This document shows positions 39,542-52,400 of a stretch of 64,000 bases of DNA, piece by piece. Under the pieces are notes generated by a model. The model was given only the letters and a program-made list of their open reading frames with translations, was not told the DNA's origin and searched no databases. This DNA comes from Balanoglossus misakiensis. Taxonomy: Eukaryota > Animalia > Hemichordata. Where the stretch lies: positions 10,070,088 through 10,134,087 of the forward strand of contig CM082590.2 in the NCBI GenBank assembly GCA_040954595.2. The letters are read 5' to 3'. Position numbers and translations under genes: made by a program. Within the stretch, counting starts at the first letter, position 1. Every line of letters starts with the position of its first letter.

Positions 39542-42500
39542 TCCTATATTATTTTGTTATTCAAATATCATAATTCAGTTTTACATTACTGAAACAATAT
39601 TTATTTGGCTATATAAATTGCATCTTCGTTGGTATGCCAACTTAAAGGCCATTGTCTAAAAACAGACATTGCCCCGACTCCGAACACAACCTGGGATACA
39701 AAATCACCAGTAATTATATACTTTACCCAAATCTCGAATATTCAAAATCTTCAACGCCAATGATTACTACGTTCCGAACTAATCACGCGTGTTTGTTTCT
39801 TAAAGACCCGGGGCTTTACCACAAACAGTTTCGCCTGGAATTATGATTTCTGTCGTCTTGTAGTTGTGAAAATAACCTATCGTTTACGCCAGAACTCTGA
39901 TGATTGCCAAGCAAACAGTAGCGTGTGGAAGCTTTTCATCAAACAAACCCGCCAGTTAATTTCAACCCTGTTGCAGAGTGGAAAATCCAAAGCTACTCGT
40001 AAAAATGTCCTTGGACTTAAATGACAAAATGCTGTGATTTTATCTGAGTATTTCGCTGTCATTGTGACGAGAGAGAAGGGGGGGGGGGCTACAGAATAAG
40101 CGGGTATGTCTGTAAAGAAGCTGTGATTTTTTCGACTGCATGGATAGTGCCAAAATGAACTCTTGTGACTTTTTTTGTAGCCGGGTGTCTTTTTTTATGA
40201 AAAGGCAGATAAGAGTTACGACTGGGTGCACAAACAAACGAATAGCGCCACAAGGTCATATTGCGAGGCTAGAGCTCCGCGGTGATTGGAATTCTGCCGA
40301 TATTATTCTTCCAAGTTCGATCAAAGGCGCCGCCAAGCTCGTTTAAGTTTACTGCGCCACTGTGCTGGGTCCGCGCCGACGGATTCTGTTTTACGGTCGG
40401 GGGTGTTCCCCGCCCAGCTGCGGATGAACAACCCGAAGAAGGAGAGAGAGAGAGAGAGAATGTCAGTCCTTTTCTGTCTGATTAGTGGCGTGTGAATTAT
40501 GAAAATAACGCGCAAACTTTTACGGCCGAACACGATAACTGAACACTCTACCCCACGATCCCGCAGATACCAGACGAGGCTGAGAGCTAAATTATTTCCT
40601 GCCTGGAACGAGGCTGCAAGGGCTATGACATGCATCTCGTCAATTCCGAAAGTGACGAGACATACATATTTGTTAATTTAGGAGCCAAATATTCGCTTTT
40701 GTAATTCTGTTAGCATGGGCCATCTTTTGGGGGAAATAAACCATTCTTTTAGCCGTATGAAGCACTTCGTAAACGGTATCATCTGGTGTTATAGGGGTAA
40801 TTTCAAACCTAAATTACCCAGGCGATGGTTACACACGAAACGCTCGTTAATTGAGATTTTCATCAGAAGCGGCTTTCAAAACATGTTATTAATAAAATCT
40901 GACACATTGATGGTAATTTTTATTCATTTCATATCATAATAAAAAAACGAAACTACCAACAGAAACGACTCTGAAATGTCTCAAGTTGTTGAGGATCGGG
41001 GTCAAAGGTTAACTGGAATGGAAGATTAACGCTGCCCTGAAAATATGCCTAGAATTAATAATTATGATCACTATTCAATTATTTGTTAACCATTATTGTT
41101 TAGATTTGTTTATTTTAGTTTAGTACTGCTTGGCGAATATTCACATATATACAATCTTATTTGGATAATTAAAAGTAAATTACTATACTGGTAATTAAAA
41201 TATGCTCTTTTTAAAATTCGTAGGACTATAAATATCAGGCACATTTCGCGAGTGAACAATTCAAAAGGTTTAATTCACTGTTTAACAGAAATGTCACTGT
41301 TCGAGCGCTGAAGTATTCCAAAACGCTAGCCGATGTAGCATTGTAACTGTTTAACAGAAAGTTGTTGCAACCGATCAGACGACAAAATGTTATCCTTCTT
41401 CGAAAAGAGAGAAAGACGATTAGTTGATGCCAATATAACGGAAATCTGAACATTCAAGGTTTGGCGCGTAAACAACTCTTCTCCAAGAGAGATGGACGGT
41501 AAGTTGCCAGCCAAACGACAAAATGTGGACTTTTGGAGCGCATGAACTACACTACCTCGAAGAGATACTAGAGAGAAACTTGACGATCATCAGAATGGGA
41601 GTTTTGAGCGTGTAGACTATACCCTGCTCTGTCTAATTTATTTTCCAGAACGGAACAGTCACCGGAGATCTGCACGGAATACAAATATTGTTTCATGAGC
41701 CTACGCTATAGGACGAGAACTTTCCCTGAAACATTTCGTCCAACTTTGTCATCGTTGTGCTCCTTATTCATCCCTCTTTGTGTGGAACATACTTTGGACT
41801 AGAACGGAGATTGCTACCACAGTGTGACATGACCATTTATTCCGAACGGAAATTCGTTTGAGCGAGCGTGTTTTTGATATCATAGACTGGGAACGTGCAA
41901 CAAACGGCTGTGGTCTTTTTAAGTCTTTACTTTCGAAACATATGATTAGTGTCAATGTACTTACGAACAATACGGATAATTAGCCCAAATGATACACTAG
42001 TCATTTAAACAACAGCTGTTATGGTCAATCAAAATAAAATCATATATTCAGTAATAGGATTAAAAAACCCTGACATTTTATTACCATATCTAAACGACAA
42101 ACAACCAGGCTATAAAATATTCTGCACATTTTTTGGCTCCAAAATGGTTCAGTGCAAATTCAATAAAGAGGATTTTATTTTAATACTTTTGATAAGCGAT
42201 GTGTTTTGTCTGCACTCTGGCAAAATTAATGAGATTAACAATATAATTACCGTCGCCAGATTTTTCAAATCTGTTTTATTTCTCAATAAAACTATTCCCT
42301 CCAAAGTCGATGGCAGAAACTGTCGTCTGGCACTTTGTTTAGTTTTTTTCTTATCGCTTCAGATTCCAATGTATCAGGTGTTGTGTGCACACTATTCTGT
42401 TGATTTTAATGTAAATGATTGTTAAAAATAATGAAGAGAAGTTCAAAAAAGAGTAAAAACAGTCGGGATTTTTTTTTCAGAGATGCAAGTTGGAATGCTG

Positions 42501-43358
42501 AGCAGACTAGTGACTTAATTAGATTCTGCATATTTTATTACGTACAAATTACCAATTTTACAGTCACGCGCTCGCTCGCGCAATCGCGGGGTCACATGAG
42601 CAATTACACCACCCGAACCGACTAAAGTCTCGTTATTCACAATATGTGAAGGAAATTATCAGTAGATGTTTACGCGAAATTAAAATATTTCGATGATGAC
42701 GATTATTGAAATTGTTTCAAATCGTCAGCAGAATACAGAAAGTTATTTTAGCCGTTTGACGCTTGGCAAACTATGAGATGGAGAGATAATGTCGTATATA
42801 TTTTTAACTGCCATATTGGAAACTATTCTTTGATAAAAAAAGAAAATGGCATTTCTGTATCATGCTTTAAATTCACACCGTGAACTCACGTCATGACGTC
42901 ATGAGTGATGCGCAGGCGCAAACACCCGCGGCGACAACAAACGATGAGAACTATTCTACGCTTCATTTGCCCGCCAAAAGAAACTAAATATACATCTCTT
43001 TTTACTCCAATATTAAAGTATTGCCTTTCGGGGTAATACACACTGAAAGCTGGTATACTCCGCTTTCCAGCAAATCAGGCACAAAAACACATCGAGATAA
43101 ATCATTAAACGCATATGCAAATATGCCTTTTCCACATGAGCAACGGAGTAATTACAAAGTTAATACAAAAAGTGTCGTTTGCATTGAAACATATGGCACG
43201 CATTTTTATTACGTTCGCTTCGATATTTATTACCCTTAACCATGTCAGATTTAACGATTTTGAACAAACAGAAAAGGGAACATGCAGGAAACACGCGTTT
43301 TAGAGCGTTTTCTTCTCTGCAGTTCTCACGAGATCATTCCCCATACGCAAATGGTATA

Positions 43359-43372
43359 TCGCCACCTCGAGG
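43359..43372 (-). promoter_or_regulatory. CTCF-like motif CCTCGAGGTGGCGA
   Basis: Close match to the CTCF core consensus. Confidence 0.4.
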
Positions 43373-43816
43373 GGAGATTGTGTTTCGTTCGTTCATGACT
43401 TCTGTCGCTCGCGTTGTTGGGTTCACGTGTAGAGGGTGCCTGAACGCAAAACTATCTTAGCATTCGTCAGTAGAGTGATAATGATCTTCTAGTTCATGTG
43501 CAAGTGCCTTTGGGAATCAAGCGAATATATTATCTCGTAACTGACAAGAGAATACCGTACAACCTTCAATTTTGGCAACACTATCCCCACCTCTTATCTG
43601 GTTGTGAACCACTATGTGAAGACTTAGCTGTTGTTCTTTGCCGGCGGGATCTGTAAGGGCATGCTCCGAGCATTGAAAGATGCAGAACTTTGAAGGGTAG
43701 CTAACACACAGCAAAACTAATTTTCTCAGACGAAATAACAATGTGTTTTCCTACAACCCACTCGATGGGTCTCAATGTACTTGAAATGATTACACTATAT
43801 TTTTCTATTTTCTGTC

Positions 43817-43865
43817 ACGAACGAACGAATGAACGAACGAACGAAGGAATGTATGAATGAATGAA
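43817..43865. repeat. Compound (GAAC)/(GAAT) microsatellite
   Basis: Imperfect tetranucleotide run. Confidence 0.85.
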
Positions 43866-46800
43866 GCACACCCAGGAAAGCGAACGACAACAAACACAAT
43901 TGGAGAAACAAATAACTTAGCAAACAACAATCAAAAGAACAATCGTCTGATCAACTGTGATTTATGGTGTCAATATTTCATCCAATGAAGAAGGCGATTG
44001 CTTTCATATTCGGATTAACTAACACAATCAAACGGTGTTACTCTTAAAGTTGAGGATGTACGACAGAGAATAACGGCAGTAAGTATCGCATATTTTTGAC
44101 AAGGGGATTAAATTCGTTATTAAAACCGACTTACACGGATAATCGCGTTACGATAATTCTGCTTGGCGCCGACCAGACTACAGACTTTACGAAGACAAAA
44201 CAACTGGGATTCGGGCAAACTACATATATGACAAAAAGAGTGCCATTAGGGCTTCGTATTGTACATGGTTCCAATGACTCAACTTCCTGTCAACAATAAC
44301 GCAACAGTACTTATAACGCGGAAACTCTCACTGTAAGTGTTTATTCATAGTCAAGGTTAGAATATTTATTAGCAATGGAGGAAATAAGTATTGGCGATAT
44401 ATTACTTGTAGTTTAAAGCAACCAATTTTCTACATTTTGAGATTTAATGATGCAGCATACGCATTTTCAAACACCAGATGGATTTTACAAGCACAAAATA
44501 AACTTCTCCTTTTCAGAAAACTTACTGGCAGACGACAATTTGTGTCATTTAAAGTCCAGTCAGGAGAACTGATCGTGATTTACAGCCGAAGGAAGGCACC
44601 ATTTGGTAGATTAAGAGGTGTACGAGCCTCCCAACTTAAATTTGTAAACTGTTACAGTTTCTACCTGATTTTGCATCCATTTTGAGTACACAATAAAGAT
44701 ATTTTATAGCGGATACGGAAACGCAAGTATATAAGAAGCTTATTCAATACACAGACACATGTCAAAAACGCAAACTTTCCAACGGTTTTCCTAATGTCAA
44801 TATATAACTCTCTGCACAGAATGCTAAGTTGCCATGTTGAGGGGATTAATAAATTCAATAAAACAGTCTTATGTAAGTTTAAATCTGAATAAATCATCCA
44901 AGCAGTGAATATATAGCAAGGAACGCGGGGTAGTTAATCCTGGCCAAGTCACCTGGTCAAGAAAAGGGCTCCTTTAAGTTTTAAAAAGAGACTTCAAAAT
45001 GCTATTCACGTTCGCTTCGTTGTCCTGAACGTCATTTTGACCTTTGGAATTCTTGTTGACCCACTGCAGAACATAGCCACATCGAAAATTGTGCTACAAT
45101 TTCAATAGACTGCAACAGTTAGTTCCCGCCTTGACGACAATTTCTGTACATGTGACGCCGGCATTGTTAAATGTAGCGAACAGTACAACTATCCAGTCAC
45201 AAAACTATACAAAAACTCAGACGAAAATAGCAAAGTCGTAATACAAGGAGACAAACACTGATTATTTCTTGTAAAAAAGTAATATAGCAACAAAAATATC
45301 AAGTGAATGTTTATTGGTGAGTGGAGGTGGGAACCGATTTTTGTACTACCAAATGTAGTCCGCCATTAAACAGACATGGCGGCGCGGCGAACAGTTGAGG
45401 CCAGCCTGCCTCGTGGCGGCGATAGGCAGAGCTTCAGTATGGCAATATGGTGAAGTACTGCATGGCCATGGGCGTTTGTATGATTTATTTCTCTTCGGTG
45501 CTAATGAACATCATCCTGTTTCTGTCTGTCTCTCTATCTGTCTGCCTGTCTGTCTCTCACTCTCGATCATGTACCACACTGTCTATCTGTCTATCTATCT
45601 CTCCAGCTGTTTGTCTCTCTCTCTCGACCATGTACAATACAATGTGAAAACAAAATAAATATGTATAATTGATCGTAAATTTATGTCGATTTATTACCAA
45701 TAACGTTTATGATTAGACAACAATAATTACACTGACAACAGACGTCTGTGACAGTGAACGTGAATTTTCTCAGCTCAACTGATCATCTCTCCGCATGCGC
45801 CAACACAAGTCAATGACATTGGTATGTTTTTGATATGCGACTTTACAAACATAAAAGGAGACCCACCATAGTTCAAAATGTTTATGCGTTTAATCGGATT
45901 ATTCCTAATTTGTCGTTAGTTGACGACTTTAACCAAAACATTTCACAAAAGTCTGACAGTCGCTCTTATGACCGTTCTGCAAAATTCTTTCGCATATTCA
46001 CTATGGCGTCTATGTCTATTCTGTGTTACTTTGCTACTCGCTACCTTGTTTAAGAATGTACCATGGACACCACACCCAAATTCAACCCATTTCACCACCC
46101 AAATAATCTAAAGTTACAGCTAGACCAATACGATGCCTGCAAACTACATGAAGTGGGGCTGGAGGGAGAAGGGGCGCCAAACACTTGAATCAGAAACTCG
46201 CTGTTTGAAATACACTTTGCGGTCGGTGACAAGATTTATATGAATTAAATATGTAAATTATTGATGCGGAAGGGTCCCAGTGGGTCGCACAAAATAGGTG
46301 AAATTTATAAGCCTCTTTCTTTCTTTGTGCACAGTCATGTTTAAGAACCTTTTTAAAAGATTTACGGACTGTTATCCCCTAACCACTGACCATAAATTAC
46401 TAGGGTTTTTGGAAGTTCTTTTAGAAACGCTTTTTATGTAACAAACTCTTTCGAGATGCCTGTCGTCTGTTCCTCTGCTTTGTGAAACCGTGATTGATTG
46501 AATAAAGATAGCTTACAGTGACCTGTTGTATGTCTTTTTGTCGCTTCACAGTTTTTTTCGTGTGTTTTTGAAAGTTTGGGAACTCCCGCAAACAGGTCAA
46601 TGTACTCGAGTCGCCCAAGGTAAAGCGCCACGAAGCATGACACAAGCGGCAATCTTCACAGGCAGCGAGGCTTGAGTCACCGACGCTGTAAAATACCATT
46701 TCGCCTCTTACAGCGAACCCTTTTTTCCACTTAAAGAAAATCGCAATAAACGAAACCGGTTCTTTCACAGAACATCCATAGTTGTAAAACATTATTCTGG

Positions 46801-49299
46801 TCTTTCTCGAGCTCTTTGGTGCGCTTCGGTTATCTGTAGTGATTGAACGACGAATCAACACATTAGGATAAATGAAGAATAATATGAGGTTCACTGACAT
46901 TTTAGCGCGATAATAAATTCATACTTGTTCGATTTTAGTTCTATATTCTCCTCGATCGCGTCGCATCAAACTAAACCCAATGGAGTGAAAACGAATCAAA
47001 AATACCTGGAGTTCCATTTTTAGAAATGTTAACTTACAAAAGCCACTGTGCTTTGGAGAAAATTCCCAACCCTTGGCATGTATATTGTTATCTGAATCGC
47101 AGTGGTATAATCGGCCTAATTTTTGAGGGACTTATCCGACCAAAATGTAATTGTTTAGTTATTAAGATTAGAGAAAATTTCACATTTGTTTCTCGCTCGC
47201 AGCTGACGCTCGACATTCGAGACAGATGCTTTAATAACTCAAACTTTTCATTTATGTTCCTAATTTTCGCACTAACCACATGGGTTAATGCAAACACTTG
47301 GCCATCATCACAAGTACAAACAAATTTATTGATTTCGTGTATGTGGAGAAAAAAGTCGGTTCATACATTTGAATTGTGTATTGAACGTTGCGCTCAGAGG
47401 TTCCGCTTGTAGCCAAATTCATCTGTCTCAAAAGTCGACGCAGCCAGTGGGAAAATGGCGCCTAAAATCTAAAAACAGATGAACCTGCACCTCCAAACTA
47501 TTAATTACATTCCCTGTAATTTCAGTCACGTGTTAGCTAGCAACCCTCAATTTCTCATCGAAAGTACTGCGTTTTTATGAGTTTGGTTTTGACAACGCCA
47601 AGACGGTTTCCAACCGGATGCGAAGAGTCCTTCATCTTGTCAACCAGCCGTTCGCGTCAGGATCTCATTTTTCACGCGTCGACACCGGCATACGACCGAC
47701 GCAAATCACGCCAGAAGCTCGCATTTAGCGATTTCCCGTTTTAATTTACAAAAAAAAATCGCATGAGATTTATGAGCATGCCGTATCGCCCTCATCGTGG
47801 AAAACCAGCAAGTTATTTATCACAAGTGAAAAAGGACGGATAATAACGATTTATATAGACAAGAAGCCCGCATTAGATTTGGTCGCCTAATACAAGTGCA
47901 ACGTATCAAAGAAATTCCAATACTCCACTTGAAACATCTAAACTCTCACTAGCATAGAAATATTATTTTGAACTATTTGCTCCAATCTTCAAGTATTTTT
48001 ACAGAAATAGCTTGACTATCGTTATTATTAAAACCTGAGTCTAAAATATGCCTAGTCATATTACTGAAAGTAGTCGCTTTTCAAGATCACACATTTAGGC
48101 GCGAACGTGCGTAGTCTGTGGCGAGTTTAGGAATAACGGTATGAGTCCATTCCGGTCATCAATCACATGAATATCACGTTAAATGATTACAGACATCAAA
48201 ATCATAACTAATGAGGTGTTCTTTAACCGCTTGATATTTGCTTTTCCAATTAAGTTTAAATTTGTTTGGATAAATCAACTTTCCCGTGAAAACGTTACCT
48301 GTACAGTTATCAGAAATCATTTGCAGATTCAAATGATCTTCTGAAGTGAAGTATATCATCAGGCACCCCAATGAATACTTCACTGCTTTGTGATAAAGTT
48401 GGGCTACATTGTTCAGCGAATTGAGGGCCCTGGTAATGCTCGGCTAGCCACCAATATCACTTCACTGATGTAGCAAGGTGAACCCCAGTCGAATGACTGG
48501 GGAACCCCGGTAACTTATAACTAGATATCGCCCTTAAAAAGCACTTTACTTCCGCGTCACATTGGATGAAAAGTGACTTTTTTTATCAAAAAAGCACAGC
48601 ATCTAATGTCACGCTGGACTTCAGAAAGTGCACCAAGTAAGAAGGGACCCCCGTTTATTAAAATCTTGGTAACTGGCGTTGTTGTCTTGCAGTGAACGTT
48701 GATAAAACTTACCTGCAATCAGCAGACGGCACACAAACTTCTAACGACACGAAAGATCAGTGGGAAAGGCGGGACCTTGTAAGGGCGATAATTAATGATC
48801 ACCATTTACCTTATCTCGCATGCTGTCTTCGATAATGATAGTCGGAAGTTTGATGTATAAATCCATTAATCTATCGAAGTTTTGTAAATTAATGATGGTT
48901 TATTATCCAGCTGGTATTTCTGGTTGGAGTTGGTTGATTCCAATCGTGGAAATCCGACGAACACAGGACGGCAGCTGAAAGTAAAAACATAAAATACAGT
49001 GAATTTCACTCATCAAGGAAGGAAACTATAAAGGCGTTTTCAATATTGGTTCTATTTTAGCGTGTGGTGCAACAATAACCCCATAATTCAAAAATTCATT
49101 GCTGAAGTGTCCGTATAACTGGAAAAGTGACAAACACATTTTAAAAGGCAACACCTGTAAAAAATATTCACGACTTCCTGTCGTTTTTGTTAGTCTAGGT
49201 AATCAGAACTATCTGATTTTTGGATAATTTTCGTACGATTTTGTTGGCGTAATTTCTGATATCAAATGTTAGAGTCTTTCTGCGCGTGTGATCTTTAAG

Positions 49300-49490
49300 A
49301 TTGGCAGACGACAATTTGTGCCCAGTTTTTATTTTGAGACGGACCAGAACTATTTGGTTATGGTTGCGACAGACGATACTTTGTACCAAGTTTGCATTTA
49401 AGCTAGACAGAGACCAGAACTACATGTATGGTTACGGTTGGCAGACGACAATTTGTACCCGAGCGTTTATACATTGGCGGGAGACGGGCC
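49300..49490. repeat. Degenerate tandem repeat, ~65-72-bp unit x ~2.7
   Basis: Units begin with CAGACGA(C/T)A at 49305, 49370 and 49442; the first two share GACCAGAACTA...TGGTTA.GGTTG. Confidence 0.8.
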
Positions 49491-52400
49491 AAACTCTTAA
49501 TGGAGAGTACGTTTGAAAAGAGACGGGGAACATATTAGGCAAACTTCTAGCGAAAGTACGGGCGTACCCTGTCGGTAGAATGATTTATATCGTTACTAGC
49601 ATATATCTGTGTGACGGTCTAGTAATTTCGATGAAGACATTCATCTTGCAAAAGAGCAACGGGAAATATATTTATGCACACTACACGCGCTGTGGGGCAT
49701 TTTCACACTCACGAACAATCAAACCACACCTAACCGTAATTCGCCCGACACCATCTCGACAGAAAGGTAATCTGTGGGTGCGATGGAAAACAAATGAGTC
49801 TGTCGTACGCGCGAGTGGAAATTGGCGCTTTTTCAGGATTTGCGCGGACAGGTGCCATGTTTAGTCAAAGCATGGAAGCAGAATTTGTTTCCATCTTCTC
49901 TGTAGGCAAGAATATCAGTAAACGCAAATCCCATGCGCACAAAATTTCCTACTCGTTTTTGTTTGGTAATTTCAGAAGTTCTGTAGTGCAGGATTTTAAA
50001 AATGATGGAGCGATAAATTGGGCGAAACCGAGAACTAACTTGCATGTTCTGGAAATGTTTTGAATACTTCAAGTCAAAATTTGGAACGGAAAGACCGTCC
50101 GTCATAGTTCAAAGACGAACAGAACTCGTCAAATCTCACAGACCACCATTCTCCGCAACATAATCTAGAACGGACAAACAAACAGTTAAACGAAAATAGG
50201 AGTCAACCTTCTCGCATTACGCCGTCCAGTGCCATTTAAATAGATCGGGCCGTACAATGAAATTTGACCAAAACAGAAAACGTGGCAGTGGTATTTGAGA
50301 CTGCGCCAAAAATACCTGTGATCTGAGAGCGCTACTGTACTTTGCTCTCCAAGTCCGAAAAGTTGAACGTCCGGAGAACAAATGCTTCGAATTCATTGCA
50401 TTGTCTCACTAAACAGGCTAACTATTACAAGTATGAAGTAGGACAGTCTTATTTCCTAAGTTTTCTTATTCTGTAAACATTAATTCATAGCCCGCGTTTA
50501 TTGACAACGTTTAAAATGTAAACTTTTTTGAAAATAAACATGGCGGCGACCAACGTCCACCATTAAGTCAGATTTTTAACTAACTCTGCCGTCCTAGGCT
50601 TATGGTCATGTGAGTTTATATGAAGCATATTTCAAGAAGCAAAGAAAACAACAACAAAAACAGTTTTAAAATATTTACAGTCAACAAAACAAATTCCCGT
50701 CACCTCATTAGACAATATCGTGATAGCGCAGGTTATCGACCGAAATTCCTCTCTAAACTGTGCCTAAATTTTTCCCGTTGCTTACATACGCATACATACC
50801 TGCAAAGACGCAACCGGAAAGATCGCCATATTGGCTAAATATCCTCTAGAATTAGGCAGAAAAGGCGACGCGTTAACGTTGCTGCGTGGCAGCTTGCCTT
50901 AGCGCGTTCAACTGTGTCCGTTTGGCTTCGAACAGCCGTTCTTTTGATTCGTTTTCTCTCTTTTTTATGCTAGGGGGAAGTTATCGGGACGGTGTCGTTG
51001 AGTTTTTACTGCATTGGCATATTTCAAGATACCAAGAATAAAGTAACGCTAATAAAATGAAGTTAACATCGTATATGAATACTGTGGGTAAATTTATATG
51101 CAGCAAAGAGCGATATAAAGCATACAATATGATGCTCAATGGACCTAGGTTTAACTGCCATGTTCTAGACAAGTAACACCATCTTGTCAAGACGTCACAT
51201 TCTCTCCACATTGCTCTTGCCTTTAACACCAATCGCTGTATACCAAATAAAAAACACTAGTTTCAAAACTGTTCACTTTGTGTGCGATTTTTTTTCGAAT
51301 CATAAAAGTCGCTTTTTTAACGTCAGTGACGCGTGTCGTTGAACTCAGAGCTGAGCTGGGTGGTTTCGCTTCTTTTAAATATCTCCGTCGCTGGACCGTT
51401 GAGTGAGATCACATGATTGCTTATTATTGCCGGCGGAGATATCCCAGTCAAACTTTAATCATTACTTTGTTTTAAGCGCGTTTTTCTCTTGGTGGGGGCA
51501 GCGATGTGGCGAGTCTGGCAGCTCGAATGCAAGCCCAGGGCGGCCCGCAATAACGCCGACAAAAAGCGCTCTCATTCTGAACGTTTTACGAGGGATGAAA
51601 AAAGAGAACCACTCTCCGCTTCTCTCACTCTCGTGTTAAAACTTCGCCAAAACATGATGTCAGTCATTAAAGAAACATCAAAGGCGCCGGCAGGCCATCA
51701 GAAAAGGATTATTGTCTCATACTCCCTTTTTCACATGAAGACCTGATTCGCCACCCCCAAACATTGATCCGTACAGCGGCACTGTCGCCATGGGAACGTG
51801 CTATCTTTTCCCGAGCGCGTGCTGTTTGTACCCGACATGATTTTTTCAATTGAAGTGCTAAATTAAATTTTCTTTAATGGAATGGAAGTTGCGCCACGTC
51901 AGTTGCTTTTACTGAGAGTTTTAATAGATGCGTTTGAATGTATCTTATTTTGGAATGTTTAATTTGTCCCTACTTTCTCCACACTTTGCCCTTCCCCAGT
52001 CCATCACTTCGTGTCTGCCCCTTTCTCTATTTCACTCACACCCAGCTCCCCTTTAACAAATTTCTCTCGTTTGCTGTGACTATCGGTCCGTCACTTTTTC
52101 TCAACTCTCTCCCTCTTTCTCTTTCCGGCGTTTCTTTGAGTAGCAAAGTTGCACTCGGCAATGAATTTTAACCATTCACGACTTGACACATTCATGCTAA
52201 CGGAATCTGCTTTGTTTTTGTGCGAATGCAAGTTGAAATGCGCATTATGTAACGCACAACTTCCAACAAATGAGCCATCTTATTATATCGCTACATTGTT
52301 CAGTCTTGCGTGTCAGAGGTCAGGGGCATGCGCAGTGTTTGATGTCAGAGGTCACGTATCGCAATTCTTTCACACCACAATCTTGCCTCTGCTCAAACGA

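Noticed and set aside
46421-47412. 159-aa and 128-aa ORFs
   Set aside because: No transposase, reverse transcriptase or other domain signature.
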